From: Pomacea canaliculata
Lineage: Eukaryota
Direction: 5' to 3'
Assembly (NCBI RefSeq): GCF_003073045.1
Contig: NC_037593.1
Coordinates: 29,457,367-29,521,366, forward strand
Length of the DNA stretch: 64,000 bases
The number at the start of each line of letters is the position of its first letter. Positions within the stretch are counted from its first letter, which is position 1. Below, one piece after another: positions 59,317 to 64,000 of the stretch. The translations under genes and the position numbers were made by a program. The notes under the pieces are model-generated. The model did no database searches and was not told where the DNA came from. It was given only the letters and a program-made list of their open reading frames with translations.

Positions 59317-59821
59317 CTCCACCATTTTTATAGCAGACGTAAGGGAACCTCCAGACATTGCCAAGGTCGATAGCAAAGCCGATGATTGCAAGCAGAAAAT
59401 CCACCTTCTTGTCCCACGTCTGCCTGTCGTCCTCACCATCTTCCACGAAACGTGATGTTTCGTCCGTTTCACGTAGATGCAACGTAAGCTGCGATGGGAC
59501 TGTATTCCTGAGATGGAACATCTGTCCATTGTCTCCCAAGACGGGACTGGCACAGTTGGCAAAAATACACTCAGAATTGTTTGAGTCTCCATGACTTGGA
59601 GTGCAGGGAGTTGTCACTGCACCGTTCGGTTTCATCTTGCATGACTCGTCTTCCTGGGATAAACAGTTTGCGAACTGCTTGTCGACTGAACTATCTCCGT
59701 TCACCGATGAGAAATTTAGTCTTGGGTAGAGAGAAACTAATAATACTTCACTTTCTTTTTGAGAGAAGGCACCAGTGTTTTCTTCAATCATAATTTCCGA
59801 TCGCTGCAAGAAGTGTTTCAC
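59317..59821 (-). CDS. SLC6-family Na+/Cl- dependent neurotransmitter transporter, first coding exon (long N-terminal tail then TM1 ..[27 protein letters not shown])
   Basis: NVWRFPYxCYKNGGG signature. The exon end fits a GC donor (GGAG|GCAAGT) that joins in phase to 58572-58706. Confidence 0.75.
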
Positions 59822-62067
59822 ATCACAAGACTTTTATTCCACGTTTAATGTGCATTTGGCTATAAAGTTATTTTGAGCTTTTCGTTTTCAATTATTCCAC
59901 GCCTCTCGAAACAAAAGAACTTTCTTCCTTGGAACAACAATCTACTGAACATCCAGAATGAAATCAAGAAGTTACATTAATAAGACGATGAGCTTTCTTT
60001 GTTCGGCTCCGGTTCGCTGTAGCATCTTGTTGCTGGGGAAACTTTCGTTGGAGTCTTCATCCACGAAAGACGAGAATAAGTAATGCCTACCGTCGCTGAG
60101 GAGAGCAAGATGAAACGGCAGAGACTACAGGGACCTCCCAGACCATACACTACAAGAGATGCAGTCAGTGTTAACCCTTTCTCCCCCAAACCTCGCTCGT
60201 TCACTGCGGCAAGCAATATCAGGCAGCAGGAGTTCATGGCAGCTTAACAACCATCTCGTCTCTTATGCCGTGTCTGCGACCGCTGATAAAACAGATTTTT
60301 TTTCCAACCTTTTGGTCTTCAGAGTTTCTCCTTAGTGTCGTTCCTGTGAAAAATTTCCAGTATCAGCACACCGCTGGAAAAATTTCTGCAAGAAACGCAC
60401 TTCCGCGAGTTATCTTCTCCAGTGTCCAGTGACACCTATTTTCTAATAGCCTTTGCTGGATAATGTTGAAATACCAGCACGTTCTGAAAATTACAAATTC
60501 TGCTTCTTTCCATTCTTCATCGTGTGTTTTCCATCAAATTAAAATAATGGCGCGAGAGCCCTTCCATCAGGGACATTAGAGATAATAGCTTTCCTGAATT
60601 TAAAGACAGCGATTATCTTCGCTTTTTTATGCCGTGACGTAAGGCGGTATCGTCTGCTTCAAGCAGTTTCCTCTGGATGATAACGAGTGCTAACCTTACA
60701 GTCCTCCAGGGCCTGCGCCACCTAGGTAAGGTTATCTCCCTTTCCTGCTATAACCAGTGCGCCCGTATTTATATAGGCTAAATTATCGCCCCTTTCCCTC
60801 CAATTAAGTGATTATTGTTACAAGAATGTGGAGGTGTAGCTGACCAAAAAAAAATAAATAAATAAAAAAAACAAACTCGGTTATCACCAGAAATAGAGGC
60901 AACAAACAAAAGAGAGTTTGTTTGGGTACTTGCAGGGCCTAAGACTTGTCGGTATTTGTCAAAGATGACCGAGATGTGAGAAGTCAATCGCCGAGGGCAC
61001 TTCCACAAAACACACAAAAGTCAACAGACTTCTCTACTTTCAAAATTTTAATATTTATGAAGATTTGCCAAAATGGTTTCAACGTTTATTCATTTTATTA
61101 CAGGAAGTACTTTTATGACAGTATGTATATTGTACATTCTTAATTTTTGTCGATAAAATGTATAAAATAAGTAATTCTTGCAGTCCCAAGAAAAGAACAA
61201 AATCAAAAAATTCTCATTTTTGGGGGTCTATACTAAGTATTTTCTTATCCTATTTTCAACATCTTTATTTGGTTAAAAACCTCGCCCGTTCATATATAAC
61301 ATCAACTCTAATGTACTGTGATTAACTTGTCTCATGCAGTGATTCTTTTATTTTAAGTGTTCGGGAGATTAACTAATCTTCGATGGATCTAACCTCTGAC
61401 CTCACCGAAGGTTGCAACTATTGGGAAAGCCTCCAACACCTGCCAGTGTAGGTCCTCGAGTGAGGCGTTGTCACAACAGTCAACCTATTTCTGTGACCGA
61501 AGAAAAATGAGGTCTTGACCTCTTTTCTAAAAGCAGAAGAAACAAGAATTGAGTAAACTCAGTTTACACTCGGGTTAGCCTTCTAGACCAAAAGGTAAAC
61601 TACTGCCATGAAAGGTTGGCCTGGTTTCGGCAGACATCCAGCAGTCCAAAGATGTGGATTAACTGTTGACTTTTTGCCAGCACTCTGCCTCTGAGACTGC
61701 GTCTGGAAGGTTTTATAAAACTTAATCAAGTGGTCTTTGGGGTCATGGAGTCCTGGGGTCATGTGATTCGGGTTCTGATAAAGTGTAATCAGTGTAGCGT
61801 CCTTTGCAACAGCCAATGAGATTTGTCCGTTGTGAAGCGTGCGCTCGCGAGATTTCGTGCATTGAGTCGGCGGGTATGATGGGAGGAAGAACAGATTCTC
61901 TAACAGTAGGGTTAGTCAGCACCAGCAGCCGCATCAGCAACTAAACAAGCGACAAACACTGCAGCTACATCAGTGATCGTACAGCAGCAGTAACACACGG
62001 TTAATTGTTGTTGAAGTTGTTTCTATTACTCTTGTTTTCAAATTGCTGTCAATTGTAATAGCTCTCG

Positions 62068-62119
<52 letters not shown>

Positions 62120-62149
62120 GGTAACAGCTCTAATAGAAGTATTACTGAG

Positions 62150-62540
62150 TTGTATCAATAATATAGCAAGAACAATATTAGCAACCGAGCAATTAAACAG
62201 CAGGAATAACAAAGGAGTAAAGCAAGACTATAATAATATTAAGAAAAATTAAACAACGACAATAACAATAAAAAAATAACAAAAACAATAAAACAACCAG
62301 AACAGTTACAGCTAGAATAAAAACAACGGGTATAATAACAGTAACAGCAACAATTAATAATATAGTAAGAACAATATTAGCAACCAAAACAATTAAACAA
62401 CAGCAACAACAATGGAATAAAGCAAGGCTGTAATAGTACTAAGAAAAATAAAACAAACAAAAAACAACGACAATAGCAATAAAAAAAGCCACAGCAAAAC
62501 AACCAGAACAGTACAGGTAGAGCGGAAAACAATGGAAACA
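62150..62540. repeat. Two tandem ~190-bp A/C-rich units, preceded by (GTT)n at 62072-62118
   Basis: aataatatag(c/t)aagaacaatattagcaacc... repeated at 62158 and 62355. Confidence 0.7.
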
Positions 62541-64000
62541 ATAGCACGAACAGCAACAACAAGAAAAATAGCAAACAACAAAGAGAAAATCAAAAAACCA
62601 ACAGCTACAACAAAGAAGTCAAAGTCTAGAATGCTTAACCTAATATTTTCAGTATCTTGCATACTGAACTTTGCAAGAGGCACAGACAGAGCCAAGTTTC
62701 CAGTTAATAGCCTGCGATATCCTCGCCCTGGCGTCCTGCCTGGAGTTCAAGAAACGCCGGTGGCAATGTAGATTAAGTTTAGCTTTCTTTCCGGGCGTGC
62801 TTCAAGTCAAAAATGAAAACAAATATCAGTTTCATGCTCCACAAAAGTGTTACTGATTGATTACATCGTGTTGCTACGTGGGGAGATATGTCCCTCCATC
62901 GTGCTGCCGCCTGGCGTTCAAGGCGCAGAGGGAGAGAAGGTCGCACAGATAAGGAAGCTGGAACGGAGAAAGTCTTTGATTCCAAGTTCTTGTTAATGTC
63001 CTCAGCGGTTGCGATCAGATGGAAAAAATGTCGGAATGTGCTTTTCACGTGCGCATGTTAGGTTGAAGCTTTCTTTTTTCTGTTATCTAGCTTCTTTGTT
63101 TTTCATACCTCCGCACGCGCACCATTCTCGTGCCATCTATATTCGATTCTGTCTGTTAAACACCATGGTTCCTCGATAGAGGTGTTCCATTCTTGTCACA
63201 CAGATCTCTATGTGTGTAGTATGTTTTTCCTTTTCTCTATCTTCTACCATCATGACTTGATTTCATTCCATTCAATGTCACTGTGCCTATGTTATTTTTT
63301 TCTAAATGGTTCAAAGCTGAGTCAGTCACCTGCCATCGCTATTTTTTCTGTTCCTGTGTTTGCTGTTCCCTCATTCTTTATTTTCAAAAGGATTAAAAGC
63401 AATCAGTCATCTTCTACTGTCATTATTTTTGGTTGCAATGTTTGCTTTTTTCACATTAAATTTTTTTTTTAAGAGTTAAAGGTGTACTACTTAACTCTTT
63501 GCTGTTTCTCAAAAGCATCTACAAAGCGATGAGCAAGGAACGTTGAACTGTTACGAACAATTAGTTTCCTAGGTCCATAATTATTTTTAATACTGCATTT
63601 GTTGACTATAGAATCGCTGAAGAAGCAATCCGACATGTGCAGATATAATGTAGTTCAATAAAATATAAGTATATATATATCAAACCAGTCCTAACCCACT
63701 TTAGTCAAGATTGCATATCACCTACAATTATAGGCAAAAACGAAGAAAAAGAAAAGAATTTCATCAGCATTTGTGAAACGCAAAATTTGTGTAGAGGCTG
63801 AATGATGCATATTCTTTATTCTGGTGACTTTTTTGGGGGGTGGAAGATTTGCAGTACTCAAATTTTTAGCTCTTTCTAAAAATAAAAAAATAAATAAATA
63901 AAGCACGAAATCTGAGAATAATCTGTATATTGTCTTTGCCGTAAAACAGCACGCAGAAGTAGCCTCGTGTCGCAGATATTTATTTTGCGGCGAGGCTTAG

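Overview
This is eukaryotic (invertebrate-like, AT-rich, intron-containing) nuclear DNA, not a prokaryotic locus; nearly all ORF-track entries are spurious. Three things dominate it. (1) 1-31 kb and 36-42 kb hold a minus-strand cluster of secreted antistasin-like (6-Cys, CxxxC..C..G...DxxGCxxCxC) protease-inhibitor genes. Each has a signal-peptide exon followed by 87-111 nt phase-1/phase-1 exons that each encode one antistasin domain. Gene A carries a tandem array of 10 near-identical exon+intron units of about 350 bp. There are at least 4 paralogous 5' ends from segmental duplication, two tandem 4-exon two-domain paralogues, and several decayed pseudo-exons. (2) At about 42.6-50.7 kb an ~8.1 kb element is inserted into the second copy of a tandem duplication; the first copy is an empty site. 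It encodes a C2H2 zinc-finger / OTU-like / family-B DNA polymerase fusion. The polymerase has Exo I-III, motifs A, B, C and KxY, and a Vsr-like endonuclease domain inserted between motifs A and B. The element has a TATA/CCAAT promoter and a 90-bp spliceosomal intron. It is organised as a 2.9-kb megapalindrome: an inverted partial PolB copy with a hairpin at the inner junction, and ~400 bp non-coding termini. This is the candidate novel system. (3) At 53.4-59.8 kb there is a minus-strand 12-13-exon SLC6 Na+/Cl- neurotransmitter-transporter gene ([15 protein letters not shown]). The window also contains MITE-like elements, microsatellites and tandem repeats. Exon coordinates were derived by hand and may be off by a few bp.
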